Source of the DNA: an uncultured delta proteobacterium
GTDB lineage: Bacteria; Desulfobacterota; Desulfobacteria; Desulfobacterales; QNYZ01
DNA: 64,000 bases
Assembly (NCBI GenBank): GCA_963845145.1
Contig: CAWJQU010000005.1
Coordinates: 1,024,001 to 1,088,000, forward strand
Direction: 5' to 3'
Shown: in pieces, positions 29,517 to 39,590 of the stretch
Position numbering within the stretch: the stretch's first letter is position 1
How the letters are laid out: the number at the start of each line of letters is the position of its first letter
The notes under the pieces: generated by a model
The model's database searches: none
What the model saw: only the letters and a program-made list of their open reading frames with translations
Told to the model about the DNA's origin: nothing
Made by a program: the position numbers and the translations under genes

Positions 29517-30014
29517 TCAAGCATGCGTTTGGATAGATTCTAATTGCAGATATGTTCAAAATACGCAGTTATTTGGACAAGGTGATATTTGCAGGATCTC
29601 AATCAATATACCTCAATCCGAAATAATTATGCGACATATTCATCGGATGCTGTGAAATCACCATCTATTTGAAATTACACCCGACCACAATATATAGTGG
29701 TGCATAGGCTTAGCTTTCGATTCAGAGACTGGAGAGCTATTGTAGGTTGCGTTCCCCCCCCAATTTCTTCACGCTCAGGCAAACATTTGTAATTTTCCCA
29801 AATTGCAGTTTCCATTCACTAATCCCCACTTTTTCATGCACCTTAAAAAATTCGAAGCAGGCACGAAGTCCGAATAAAATCAGCAGCTAAATATATGATC
29901 AAGCAGATAAAGATTAGGCGTCCAGCCCTGTGCTTTACCATGATTCTTCCCGGACGATTTATTGTGCGCAAATGTGACAACGACGTTCTATCTTGATAAA
30001 TTAAAAAAATGGCC

Positions 30015-30060
30015 TTGACAGACCTTTGTTTTAATTATATTTGTAACTACAAATTTAATT
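30015..30060 (+). promoter_or_regulatory. Promoter -35 and palindromic GntR-type operator candidate
   Basis: TTGACA at 30015; aattatatttgta-ac-tacaaatttaatt palindrome (1 mismatch) at 30033-30060, just before gntR. Confidence 0.6.
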
Positions 30061-30075
30061 ATATTTAAGGGCGGC

Positions 30076-30792
30076 ATGACCAAAAGCTCAAAACAACCAA
30101 TTGATGACCCTACCCAAAAGGCCTATATGGGTATTCGTGGGATGCTCTTCCACAATGAAATAGTACCCGGGCAGAAAATCGCATACCGTGAATTAGCGGT
30201 ACGATTTGGAATGAGCATAACCCCGGTATCCCACGCCTTAAAATGGCTTGAATTACAAGGATTGGTGCGTCGTGAACCCAACAAGGGTTATTATGCCGAA
30301 CCTATCTCCTTGAAGCAGGTGGAAGAAATCTACGATCTGCGTTCGCTCCTCGAAACCTCTCTGCTGCCGGCGACCATTCGGCAGCTCACCAAAGACAGCG
30401 TCGTGCGGATCAAAAAGGCAACCGAGGCCTCCCTGTCCTCATTGAAGGGTGACTCCCTTTCTGAAAAATTGATTAAGGACATGGAGTTTCACTTGACCCT
30501 GGCAGCCCTGTCTCAGTGTGAAACCCAGCATAAGGTTCTGAGCCAACTTTATGACTTGTTGTACCTAAAATATCGCAGCAGCCTATCGTTTGGTATTTCC
30601 ATGCAATCCGTGGTCGAAGCCGATCATAAGCGCATCCTGGACTGCGTGGTGGCCAAGGACCTGGGCGGTGCCAAAAAAGTCCTCTCTCGGCATATCAACA
30701 ATGCCAAAAAACATGCCATCCAGGGACTGGAGCAGGCCCTTTCGGACAAGAACCATCTGCCCGCCATAAATTATGGATCAGGGAAATTTTAA
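30076..30792 (+). CDS. GntR-family regulator (FCD domain)
   Basis: PGQKI..ELAVRFGMSITPV..AL..LE..GLV HTH; DMEFHLTL, DHKRIL. Confidence 0.9.
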   Translation: MTKSSKQPIDDPTQKAYMGIRGMLFHNEIVPGQKIAYRELAVRFGMSITPVSHALKWLELQGLVRREPNKGYYAEPISLKQVEEIYDLRSLLETSLLPATIRQLTKDSVVRIKKATEASLSSLKGDSLSEKLIKDMEFHLTLAALSQCETQHKVLSQLYDLLYLKYRSSLSFGISMQSVVEADHKRILDCVVAKDLGGAKKVLSRHINNAKKHAIQGLEQALSDKNHLPAINYGSGKF

Positions 30793-30867
30793 TGAATATC
30801 AGCCAGGTTTTAATTAATTCACTACTCGCCGGCTCTCAACTGAGTATGCTGGCCCTGGGCTTAACTA

Positions 30868-32554
30868 GTGTCCATCCAATAATCGGTAGTTTTAAGCAGT
30901 CCATTTACTACAGCGATGGTTCCAAAAGGTTTGTTCTATGATAATCTGCTGCAAATATTTGGATAGCATAGATATTTTTCGTTTTCTTCGTATTTTGAGC
31001 GCACCTCTGCTGCTGCGCGAGAACCAACAATGGATAAAGGCCGCAATTTTTAAGTTGACGCCAGCTTGGTCCTTGCAATGGTCAATAAATTGGCCGCGAC
31101 AATCGATGACCAGACATATGACTTAAAGCCGTACCAGCCTTTCCACATACATCGTGCCAGCCCCATGGAACGTTTGAGCCAGGAAATGCCCGACTCAATC
31201 CCGGCCCTGAACCGGCGAAGCCTATGATACACATATTCACTGCGGCACATATCTGTTTCTTTCAGACCGCGCTTTTTGGCAAAGCAGACATCCTTTATCT
31301 TGCGCGAGGCCGCCTTGGCCTGTTTCAGATTGTCTTTAGATGCAAAGCCGCCGTCAAAGCAGACTTTGAGCGGGTATCGGCCATAGATTTCTTTTTGCCG
31401 GTCTAACATCGGGATGGCCAAATCTACATCGGCTGGATTGCCTTCGACAATCAGGCAATCCAGGATCAAATTGGAGGCTCCGCCGGTCAGGCAGATCTTG
31501 TGACCGAAAATCACATCCCGGCGATCCTTGACAATAACGTCGGTGTGAGGTTCGAAGATCGATACCACCTTGTCAGCGGCAGCAACGCTCTGGCCCAGAA
31601 CAACCCTGCGATGGGTCTGGTCGATGACCTTTTCGGTAAGCTCGGCATAGTGATTGATTTGGGCAAAAAGAGCAATCGCGCTGGGTGCAAGCACACTTTT
31701 TTTGATCATCTGTGCCGCCGTGTGGGCATACCCGCGCACCTTGCCGGTAATTTTGAGCAAGTCGACATAGGCCGCCTTGCGTGGCTTTTTACCCTTGGCA
31801 TTCATAACCGCCAGCATCCGACGTTTGGCCCGTCGGTTATGGTTGCTAAATTGCGGCACCTTGAGTCCGAACTCATCCCGGCTGCGCACAATAAGCCGCG
31901 TCAATACCCGTACACAGTCGCCCAACAGGGTCGAATCCCATGGCTGGTGAATGTTGGACTCAACGCAGGTACAGTCCGTACGCACTTTACGGCCCTTTTC
32001 GATGCCCTCTTTTTTGGCATATCCCAGAATATCGCGGTTGATCATCTCCCAGGTCTGATCACTGATGGCTTTGATATTGCGGTTCAAGGCAGATTTTTTA
32101 AACCCTTCTTCGGCCATGCCGATGCGGCAAAACCAGCGCAGGCTTTGCGAGTCAACGATGTGGAAGGCCAATTCTTCATAAGTGAAACCGAAAAGGACTT
32201 TGACGATGATAAAGCGTAGCACTTGTTCGGCGCTCATACCTTTGGCGCCGGCGCGCTGGGTCTTGGACTTGCCTCTGTTTAGATCTTGCAGGATATACTC
32301 ACAGATGGTAGGTTTTGCATCGATAATCCCACTGATCACTTCCAGTTCCTTGCTTTGGGGATGATCGAGGATGTGAGCCATCAGGGGCATTTGTTTGGGC
32401 CATTTTTCGCGCATTTTGCGACCAGCTCCTTTTCTGTTTTTGTAGTATTATTGAGTGTTTAGTAACTTTTAATATACCACAAAGCGAAAAGAATTGCTAC
32501 CGCAAAATGCGCTTTTTTTATGAGTTTCAGATAGTTATAGCTTTGGATGGACAC
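30868..32554 (-). mobile_element. 1687-bp insertion sequence with perfect 12-bp terminal IRs and 6-bp target duplication
   Basis: GTGTCCATCCAA...TTGGATGGACAC flanked by TAACTA at 30862-30867 and 32555-32560. Confidence 0.93.
31050..32414 (-). CDS. DDE transposase (ISNCY/IS5-like)
   Basis: RTDCTCVESNIH, FDGGF, RAGIESGISWLKR catalytic segments; intact 454-aa ORF. Confidence 0.9.
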   Translation of the reverse strand: MREKWPKQMPLMAHILDHPQSKELEVISGIIDAKPTICEYILQDLNRGKSKTQRAGAKGMSAEQVLRFIIVKVLFGFTYEELAFHIVDSQSLRWFCRIGMAEEGFKKSALNRNIKAISDQTWEMINRDILGYAKKEGIEKGRKVRTDCTCVESNIHQPWDSTLLGDCVRVLTRLIVRSRDEFGLKVPQFSNHNRRAKRRMLAVMNAKGKKPRKAAYVDLLKITGKVRGYAHTAAQMIKKSVLAPSAIALFAQINHYAELTEKVIDQTHRRVVLGQSVAAADKVVSIFEPHTDVIVKDRRDVIFGHKICLTGGASNLILDCLIVEGNPADVDLAIPMLDRQKEIYGRYPLKVCFDGGFASKDNLKQAKAASRKIKDVCFAKKRGLKETDMCRSEYVYHRLRRFRAGIESGISWLKRSMGLARCMWKGWYGFKSYVWSSIVAANLLTIARTKLAST

Positions 32555-33408
32555 TAACTATGACCTATTCCATTTTGGGATTCGCCAACTTTGCTCATGG
32601 GGAATTATCGATGGTGGGCGCCTATGTGGCCTATTTTTTTTGTGTGTCACTCAAGTTGGACTTGTTCACATCGGCAATCATAGCCATTCTGTTTTCCGGT
32701 GCTCTGGCCATTGGTTGCGATCGCCTCGTTTTTAAAAAAATGAGAGAAACCCCGGTCCTGGCATTGATCATCGCCTCCCTGGGTCTCTCCCTCAGCCTGC
32801 GCTATATCATCAGTGCCATATGGGGTCCCGACCCCTTAGCCTATAATCAGGTTCTGGCCAGACCCTACCGGTTCATGGGCGCCTATATTACCTCCACCCA
32901 GATCACCGTTTTAGGCGTCACCGTCACAGCCATGTTCTGCTTCCATTTTCTGTTGCATAAAACAAAACTGGGAAAATCCATGCGGGCCCTGTCAGATGAC
33001 ATGTCCCTGGCCCAGGATCGCGGTATCAATGTGGAACGCACCATTTCCTGGGTCTGGTTTATCTGCGGCTGTTTCGCCGGGTTGGGTGGCGTGCTGATGG
33101 CCTGGGAGACGGCCCTGTGGCCCGAACTGGGTTTCAATATTATATTATACCCGTATTCTGTGCGGCCATATTAGGGGGCATCGGTAATGTTTACGGTGCC
33201 GTTATCGGAGCCCTCTTGATCGGTTTCGTGGAAAATGTTGGCCTGGCCATTGATTGGTCAAAGATCCTGGCCTTGCTGGGCTTATCTGCCGCGGACAGTC
33301 CCCTGTATATACCCACCGAATATAAACCAGCCATTTCTTTTACGGTCCTGGTCATCGTGCTGATCTTTCTCCCCTCTGGCCTGTTGGGCGCCCGCAAGGT
33401 GCATTAAT

Positions 33409-34311
33409 ATGGAACTCTTTGACATCATCATATATTTCGGCACCATGATCGGCATCTATTCTATTTTGTCTCTGAGCCTGAACCTGCAGTACGGCTTCGG
33501 TGGACTGGTCAATTTCGGACTCGTAGCCTTTTTCGCCGCGGGGGCTTATACCGGAGCGTTGCTGGCCATTCATGGGGTCTCCTTTTTCTGGGGGATGATC
33601 GGGGCCGGCATGGTCAGCGCACTATTGGGCTTCCTTGTGGCCCTGCCCACCTCCAAACTCTCGGTCAGTTATTGGGCCATCATCACCCTGGGTATCGGGG
33701 AAGTCGTACGTCTGTTTCTGCTCAACGAGGAGTGGCTCACCAAGGGCAGTTTCGGTATCGGGGGCATACAGCGTCCTTTGGAGGCCTTTATAAGCGAAGC
33801 CTTTTATCCCCTATTCTTTTTATTCTTTGTCTGGTTGTTCGTGGGACTAGCTTACGCGCTGATAAGGCGCTTGAGCAACTCCCCTTTCGGCCGAATCATG
33901 AAAGCCATCCGGGAGGAGGACGATCTGGCCCTTGCCATGGGCAAGCCGGTATTTAGAACCAAACTCAAAGTCATGGCCATGGGAGCCGCCCTGAGTGGCA
34001 TCGCCGGCGCCCTGTATGCCTACTACATTACCTATATCTCGCCTTCTGATTTCATGCCCATTGTGACGTTCATCGTCTGGGCCATGGTCATCATCGGTGG
34101 TCGCGGCAACATCGTGGGATCCATCGCCGGTGCGGCGATCATTGTTGCCTTCTATAACTCCACCCGATACCTTAAAGATATCTGGGACATTCCTGCTGAA
34201 ACGCTGGCCAGTCTGCGAATGGTGGCCATCGGCATACTGATCATTCTAACCGTCCTTTATAAACCAGATGGTATTGTAAAGGAAAAAAAGAAAAGCTATC
34301 CCCATGAGTGA
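33409..34311 (+). CDS. livM: LivM-type ABC permease
   Basis: GLVNFG..AFFAAGAY, SPFGRIMKAIRE, IIGGRG. Confidence 0.88.
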   Translation: MELFDIIIYFGTMIGIYSILSLSLNLQYGFGGLVNFGLVAFFAAGAYTGALLAIHGVSFFWGMIGAGMVSALLGFLVALPTSKLSVSYWAIITLGIGEVVRLFLLNEEWLTKGSFGIGGIQRPLEAFISEAFYPLFFLFFVWLFVGLAYALIRRLSNSPFGRIMKAIREEDDLALAMGKPVFRTKLKVMAMGAALSGIAGALYAYYITYISPSDFMPIVTFIVWAMVIIGGRGNIVGSIAGAAIIVAFYNSTRYLKDIWDIPAETLASLRMVAIGILIILTVLYKPDGIVKEKKKSYPHE

Positions 34312-35092
34312 AACCATGCTGCAAGCCCGTGACATCTACAAAAATTTCGGCGGCATTAAAGCCCTGAATGGTTTCTCATTCCAAGTGGAACCAGGAACGA
34401 TTGTGGGGCTTATCGGTCCCAACGGGTCCGGCAAATCCACCTTGTTCGATATCATCTCCGGGTTCCTGAAGGCTGATTCCGGTAAGGTGCTGTTCAATAA
34501 CCACGATATCACCGGTCGACCGCCCTATAAGATCGCTCAGTCAGGCCTGGTTCGCAGTTTTCAGATCAGCAAGGCCCCTGAGAAAATGACGGTCCTTGAA
34601 AACATGCTCCTGGCCTGCAACCATCAGCTCGGTGAAAATATTTTGCAAAGTATTTTTAGGTTAAAACACATCAAGGCACAGGAGCAACAAAATCTTAGAG
34701 AGGCCCTTTATTACCTTGACTTTGTTGGAATCGAACACCTTGCCAATGAGTACGCCGCCAACCTGTCCGGGGGACAACGTAAGCTTCTCTCCCTGGCCCG
34801 TATCCTGATCCGAAACCCGGAGATGGTTCTGCTGGATGAACCGACGGCCGGTGTCAACCCAACCCTGACAAATAAATTCATGTCCTTTTTAAAAGAGCTT
34901 CGCGATAAACAGGGAAAAACCTTTCTGATTGTGGAACACGATATGAACTTCATCAGCGCGGTCTGTGATCAGGTATATGTTTTAGATGCTGGCGAATTGC
35001 TTGCCCAAGGTTTGCCGAAACAGATTCAGAAGGATGAAAAAGTGTTAGCTGCCTATCTGGGCCGACGGGCTCGACAGCAGAAGACCAGGTGA
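34304..35092 (+). CDS. livG: LivG-type ABC ATPase
   Basis: GPNGSGKST, LSGGQ, LLDEPTAG, VEHDM. Confidence 0.9.
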   Translation: MSETMLQARDIYKNFGGIKALNGFSFQVEPGTIVGLIGPNGSGKSTLFDIISGFLKADSGKVLFNNHDITGRPPYKIAQSGLVRSFQISKAPEKMTVLENMLLACNHQLGENILQSIFRLKHIKAQEQQNLREALYYLDFVGIEHLANEYAANLSGGQRKLLSLARILIRNPEMVLLDEPTAGVNPTLTNKFMSFLKELRDKQGKTFLIVEHDMNFISAVCDQVYVLDAGELLAQGLPKQIQKDEKVLAAYLGRRARQQKTR

Positions 35093-35094
35093 TC

Positions 35095-35802
35095 ATGAAT
35101 TTACTCGATATCAATCAGGTTCATTCCGGATACGACCGCACGGAGATTCTGCACAGTGTATCCCTAAACGTGGAAGTGGGTGAGGTGGTGACCATTATCG
35201 GCCCCAACGGCTGTGGAAAATCCACACTTTTAAAGACTATCATGGGCCATCTGCGCCCGACTCAGGGATCCATCTCATTCAGAGGCGAGGACATTTCCGG
35301 ATTGCGCCCGGACCAAAAGCTGAAAAAGGGGATCAGTTATGTACCCCAGCTCCAAAACATTTTTCCCAACCTAACCGTCCTAGAAAACCTGGAAATGGGT
35401 GGTTTTCTACTGGGCAGAACCGATCAAGACCAGGCCTTGCAGCGGATTTTTGATATATTTCCAAAGATTCAGGAAAGAAAGAGTCAGACCGCCGGTACTC
35501 TCAGCGGCGGCGAGAGACAGATGGTCGCCATGGGCAGTGCGCTCATGACCAATCCTTCCCTTATGCTGCTTGACGAGCCCTCAGCCGGACTCTCACCGGC
35601 CATGACCATCAGCATGTTCGAAAAGATACGTCGACTCAATCAACTGGGTACCTCCCTTTTGATTGTTGAGCAAAATGCCTACGAATCTCTGGAAATATCA
35701 AACCGGGGATACGTGCTGGCCCTGGGTGAAAACGAATTCAGCGGTGATGCACAAGAAATCCTGCAAAACGAACGCATCAGAAAGGCATACCTGGGCGGCT
35801 GA
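35095..35802 (+). CDS. livF: LivF-type ABC ATPase
   Basis: GPNGCGKST, LSGGERQM, LDEPSAGL, AYLGG. Confidence 0.9.
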   Translation: MNLLDINQVHSGYDRTEILHSVSLNVEVGEVVTIIGPNGCGKSTLLKTIMGHLRPTQGSISFRGEDISGLRPDQKLKKGISYVPQLQNIFPNLTVLENLEMGGFLLGRTDQDQALQRIFDIFPKIQERKSQTAGTLSGGERQMVAMGSALMTNPSLMLLDEPSAGLSPAMTISMFEKIRRLNQLGTSLLIVEQNAYESLEISNRGYVLALGENEFSGDAQEILQNERIRKAYLGG

Positions 35803-35897
35803 TTATCGGCCGTCTTTTATGGAAAAAGCCGAAAGGCGTTCCGTATAATAGGCAGCATACTGTCTAAACCCAAGATTAATTAAAAAGGAGAGGAACA

Positions 35898-37062
35898 ATG
35901 AAAAAACACGTTTTGACTTGGACCATCCAATTAATCGCCATCATCTTTTTCATGAGCGCTGTCATGCCGGCAACCGTCGCGGCAGCCTCGAGCAGTGATC
36001 CTGTAAAGATCGGGGTTCTCCTGCCCCTTACCGGTGGTGCCGCTGCCGGCGGTAAAAAAGAGCTTATTGGAATGGAATTGGCCGTAGAGGAAATAAACCA
36101 GATGGGTGGCGTATTGAACGGCCGCCTTTCTCAAGCTGATTGTGGAAGACACCGAATCGCGGCCGGAGGCCGGCATGGATGGTGTCCATAAGCTTGTTGA
36201 CGTGGAAAAAGTATCCGTCATTATTGGGGCCCATAGTAGTGCCGTGTCCATACCCACAGCCACCTATTCCAATAAAAAAGGAGTGGTGCAGATAGCCCTC
36301 AGTTCAACAGCACCAAGCCTGAGGACTATTGGCCCTTATCTGTTTACCTGCATGTCTACTGACGAAGTGATGGCAACAGATTTGGTGAGCTTTGCCAGCC
36401 AAGACAGCGGGCAAAAAGATTTTGCAATCCTAACAATGAACGATTCTTTCGGGGTGGGCATGGCCAATGAAATGAAAAAGGCCATTGAGGCCGGTGGTGG
36501 TAAAGTGTTGACTGAAGTACGTTACGAAAAGGGGAAATCAGACTATCGGGCTGAATTACAGCGATTGTTTGCACCTAAACCAAAGGCAATCCTTTCCGTA
36601 GCCTGGTTTCAGACATCCCGTATCATCCAGAAACAGGCCTATGAATTAGGCTTTTACCAGACGGTCAACGATGCTTGGTATTCTCCTTATATTAACATCG
36701 CAGTAGCCTCCTGTATTCCCGAAACCATTAAGGGCCGCAAGGGAACCCGCACTGTCATTGGCACCGGCCCTCGAGTCGACAGTTTTCACAAAAATTATCA
36801 ACAAAAAATAGGTGATTCAGAGAAAATGGCGGAAATGTACACCTGCCTGGGTTACGATTCTGTATGGGTTTCCACCTTGGCCATTAAGCTAGCCGAAAGC
36901 ATAGAGGCTGATAAAGTACGTGACGTATTGCCCACGGCGTTTGGGCTCTATCGCGGCATGTCAGGAGAAGATCTCTCCGTTGATAGCGACGGCATCCGCA
37001 TGAATATGAAATATGCTCGTCAAGTTTACAATGACGGGAAACTGGTTAATTACGAGAAATAA
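35898..37062 (+). CDS. LivK/J-type periplasmic substrate-binding protein, +1 frameshift near 36128
   Basis: Signal peptide, KIGVLLPLTG, AVEEINQMGGVLNGR; continues KLIVEDT in ORF 36142..37062; extra T in a T run. Confidence 0.85.
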
Positions 37063-37158
37063 TATCGAGTTTCTATGCATGGGGGCGTAGCGTCAGGAAG
37101 TAAATTCAGACCCTACGTCTCTTTGCAAGGCATAATTTGGTTTAAAGGAATTAGTTTG

Positions 37159-38328
37159 ATGAGCAAAATTTATGATGTGGTGATTATTGGCGGTGGAGTG
37201 ATGGGCTGCTCCACAGCCTATAATCTAATCAACAGAGATAACCGCCTAAAAGTGCTAATTGTGGAGATGGATCCTACTTATGCTCGGGCTTCTTCTACCC
37301 TTTCTTTTTCCAATGTTCGCATCAATTTTTCCCTCAGGGAAAATATACAAATATCTCAACACACCTTCCAGGTGCTTGATAGATTTGAAGAAGAAATGGC
37401 TGTGAATGGCAACAAGCCTTATATTTCATGGAGACCGGAAGGAAACCTCTTTCTTTTTGATGAGAAAAAGTCTGAGATCGCCCAGGAAGCTTTGAGTCTG
37501 CAGCAGGATTTAGGTTGCGCAGTGGAGTGGCTATCTCCTGATCAAATCAAGGATAAATACCCCCTGTATAACCTTTCAGAAGTGGTGGGCGGCACACTTG
37601 GTAAAAACGATGGCTATCTGGACGGTTATGCCATGCTTATGGGCTATCGGAATAAGGCCAAATCATTGGGGGTTACAATAGTAAATTCAGAAGTTGCTGC
37701 TATTTCGTCTTTATCCGGACACATCCAAGGGGTCAAACTTATGTCTGGAGAACAACTAAAAGCCGGCCTTGTGATCAACTGTGCTGGGGCCTGGGCGGCG
37801 AAGATTTCCCAAAGCATCGGGGTTTCTTTGCCGGTTGCCCCAACCAAGCGACAGGTTTTCGTATTTGATCCGGCTGTCAAGCTTACCGATCGCCTCCCCC
37901 TTACAGTCTGGCCCTCAGGTATTTGTTTTCGTACTGAAACTGGGGGTCTGGTCTTGGTTGGCAAAGGTCTGCCAGAAGATCCAGTAGGTTTCGATTTCAG
38001 TTGGGATGAAAATAGATTTACTGATATTTTATGGCCCGAACTGGCCGAAGTTGTTCCTGCCTTTGATACTCTGAAATTACTGCGAGGTTGGGCTGGACTT
38101 TACGCTATCAACACTTTGGACAGCAATGCCATATTGGGTGAGTGGCCTGAAATAAAGGGTTTATTTCTAGCCAATGGCTTTTCAGGTCACGGGCTCCAAC
38201 AAGCCCCAGCGGTAGGCCGCTATCTCTCTGAGTTGATTATAGGTCTTCCGGTAAGCCTGGACCTCTCCATTTTCAACCCACAAAGAATTCTGGAAAACCA
38301 TCCCATTCAAGAGTTGGGTATTGTATAG
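37159..38328 (+). CDS. FAD-dependent oxidoreductase (DAO/sarcosine oxidase beta/FOXRED1-like)
   Basis: IIGGGVMG, NCAGAW, GWAGLY, NGFSGHGLQQ. Confidence 0.88.
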   Translation: MSKIYDVVIIGGGVMGCSTAYNLINRDNRLKVLIVEMDPTYARASSTLSFSNVRINFSLRENIQISQHTFQVLDRFEEEMAVNGNKPYISWRPEGNLFLFDEKKSEIAQEALSLQQDLGCAVEWLSPDQIKDKYPLYNLSEVVGGTLGKNDGYLDGYAMLMGYRNKAKSLGVTIVNSEVAAISSLSGHIQGVKLMSGEQLKAGLVINCAGAWAAKISQSIGVSLPVAPTKRQVFVFDPAVKLTDRLPLTVWPSGICFRTETGGLVLVGKGLPEDPVGFDFSWDENRFTDILWPELAEVVPAFDTLKLLRGWAGLYAINTLDSNAILGEWPEIKGLFLANGFSGHGLQQAPAVGRYLSELIIGLPVSLDLSIFNPQRILENHPIQELGIV

Positions 38329-38471
38329 AGGTTTGTGTACACTCTGGATTTTGAGATTAAAATTTGAACGAGGCGCAATCTATTTTCATCCCGGAACAAT
38401 GTATATCTACTTTTTCGATATACGGACTAATGTAAAACTCGGTCAATTAAAGAAAGGAGATACAAGCTATC

Positions 38472-39448
38472 ATGTTAGATCAAATGGTTAAACAGAGAAG
38501 ACTCAAAATTAGACTTCCTGTAAGACGAATGATCAAAGAAAATCATCTAAGCCGGGACCATCTTGTTTATCCCATGTCAGTAGACGCCAATATCTCAACA
38601 TCGGTTCCAGTGGATTTTATGCCGGGTATTATGCGATACTCAATACAGGGTGCAGTTGAAAAAGCCAGAGAGCTTTGCGACTTAGGAATTGGTGCAGTTT
38701 ATCTAATCGGTATTCCCCTTTCTCGAGACGAACATGCCAGCGATGCCTATGCCGAAAATGGCGTTATACCGAAAGTAACCAGGGAGATAAAAAGGGCCAC
38801 CGGCGACAAGCTCATGGTCATTGGTGACTCCTATCTGGGATATTTTACCAACCACCAAATTGGTGGTGTACTCGATGATAAAGACAGGATACAAGATGGA
38901 CCCACCTGGAACTTATCAGGAAAATCGCAGTCAAGTGGGCTGAATCAGGAATGGACATTTTTTGCAACTCTACGGCAGTGGACGGACGCGTACTGGCCGC
39001 GCGGGAGGCCCTGTCCGATTCCGGTTTCGATGAAACCCTCATTATGAGCTCCATCAAATTCAATTCCGCCTTTTATATGTCCGGCGTCGGGCTAACCGGT
39101 ACCGGAAAAAGTTATGCTTACGACAAAGGCGTTTACTACATGGATCCGGCCAATTCGGAAGATCCCCTTAAAATGGCCTTACTGGATGTTGAGCAGGGCA
39201 CGGACATCTTGAATATCAAACCGGCCACACCCTATATGGACATTATCCAGAAATTGAAAAACGAATGCGGAAAACCCGTTTCCGCTTACAGCATTGCCGG
39301 TGACTATGCCATGATATCCTATGGCAGCCAGCATGGAAATCTGAATGAAAAGGATTGTGTACTGGAGCTGATGATGAGTCTACGGCGTTCTGGGGCCAAT
39401 ATTCTGATTACCTACTGGGCCGACCGGCTGTCGCAATGGCTGGCTTAA
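38472..39448 (+). CDS. Divergent porphobilinogen synthase (HemB)-like protein, -1 frameshift near 38905
   Basis: LVYPM, MPGIMRYS, DGRV, IMSSIKFNSAFY, YYMDPAN, IKPATPYMDII, AYSIAGDYAM, RRSGANILITYW. Confidence 0.8.
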
Positions 39449-39590
39449 TGAAAATCGTTGCACGATTTCAGGGAACGCGACTGTGTCACTCCATCGCCAA
39501 AAGCTTGGTTGCCATCCGCTTGGTGGGTTTATCCGTCGTTGGTGTGGCGGACTAAAATTCTTATAAAAAAATAAAAATGTCATTAGCGCT

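Larger units (their letters stand above)
30792..33407 (+). pseudogene. livH: LivH-type ABC permease interrupted by an IS, plus a frameshift near 33145
   Basis: MNISQVLINSLLAGSQLSMLALGLT (30792-) rejoins in frame with MTYSILGFANFAHGE (32560-) when the IS and one target duplication are removed. Confidence 0.88.

Noticed and set aside
29684..29701. NrdR-box-like palindrome accacaatatatagtggt
   Set aside because: Single copy with no ribonucleotide reductase gene nearby; cannot be tied to a target.
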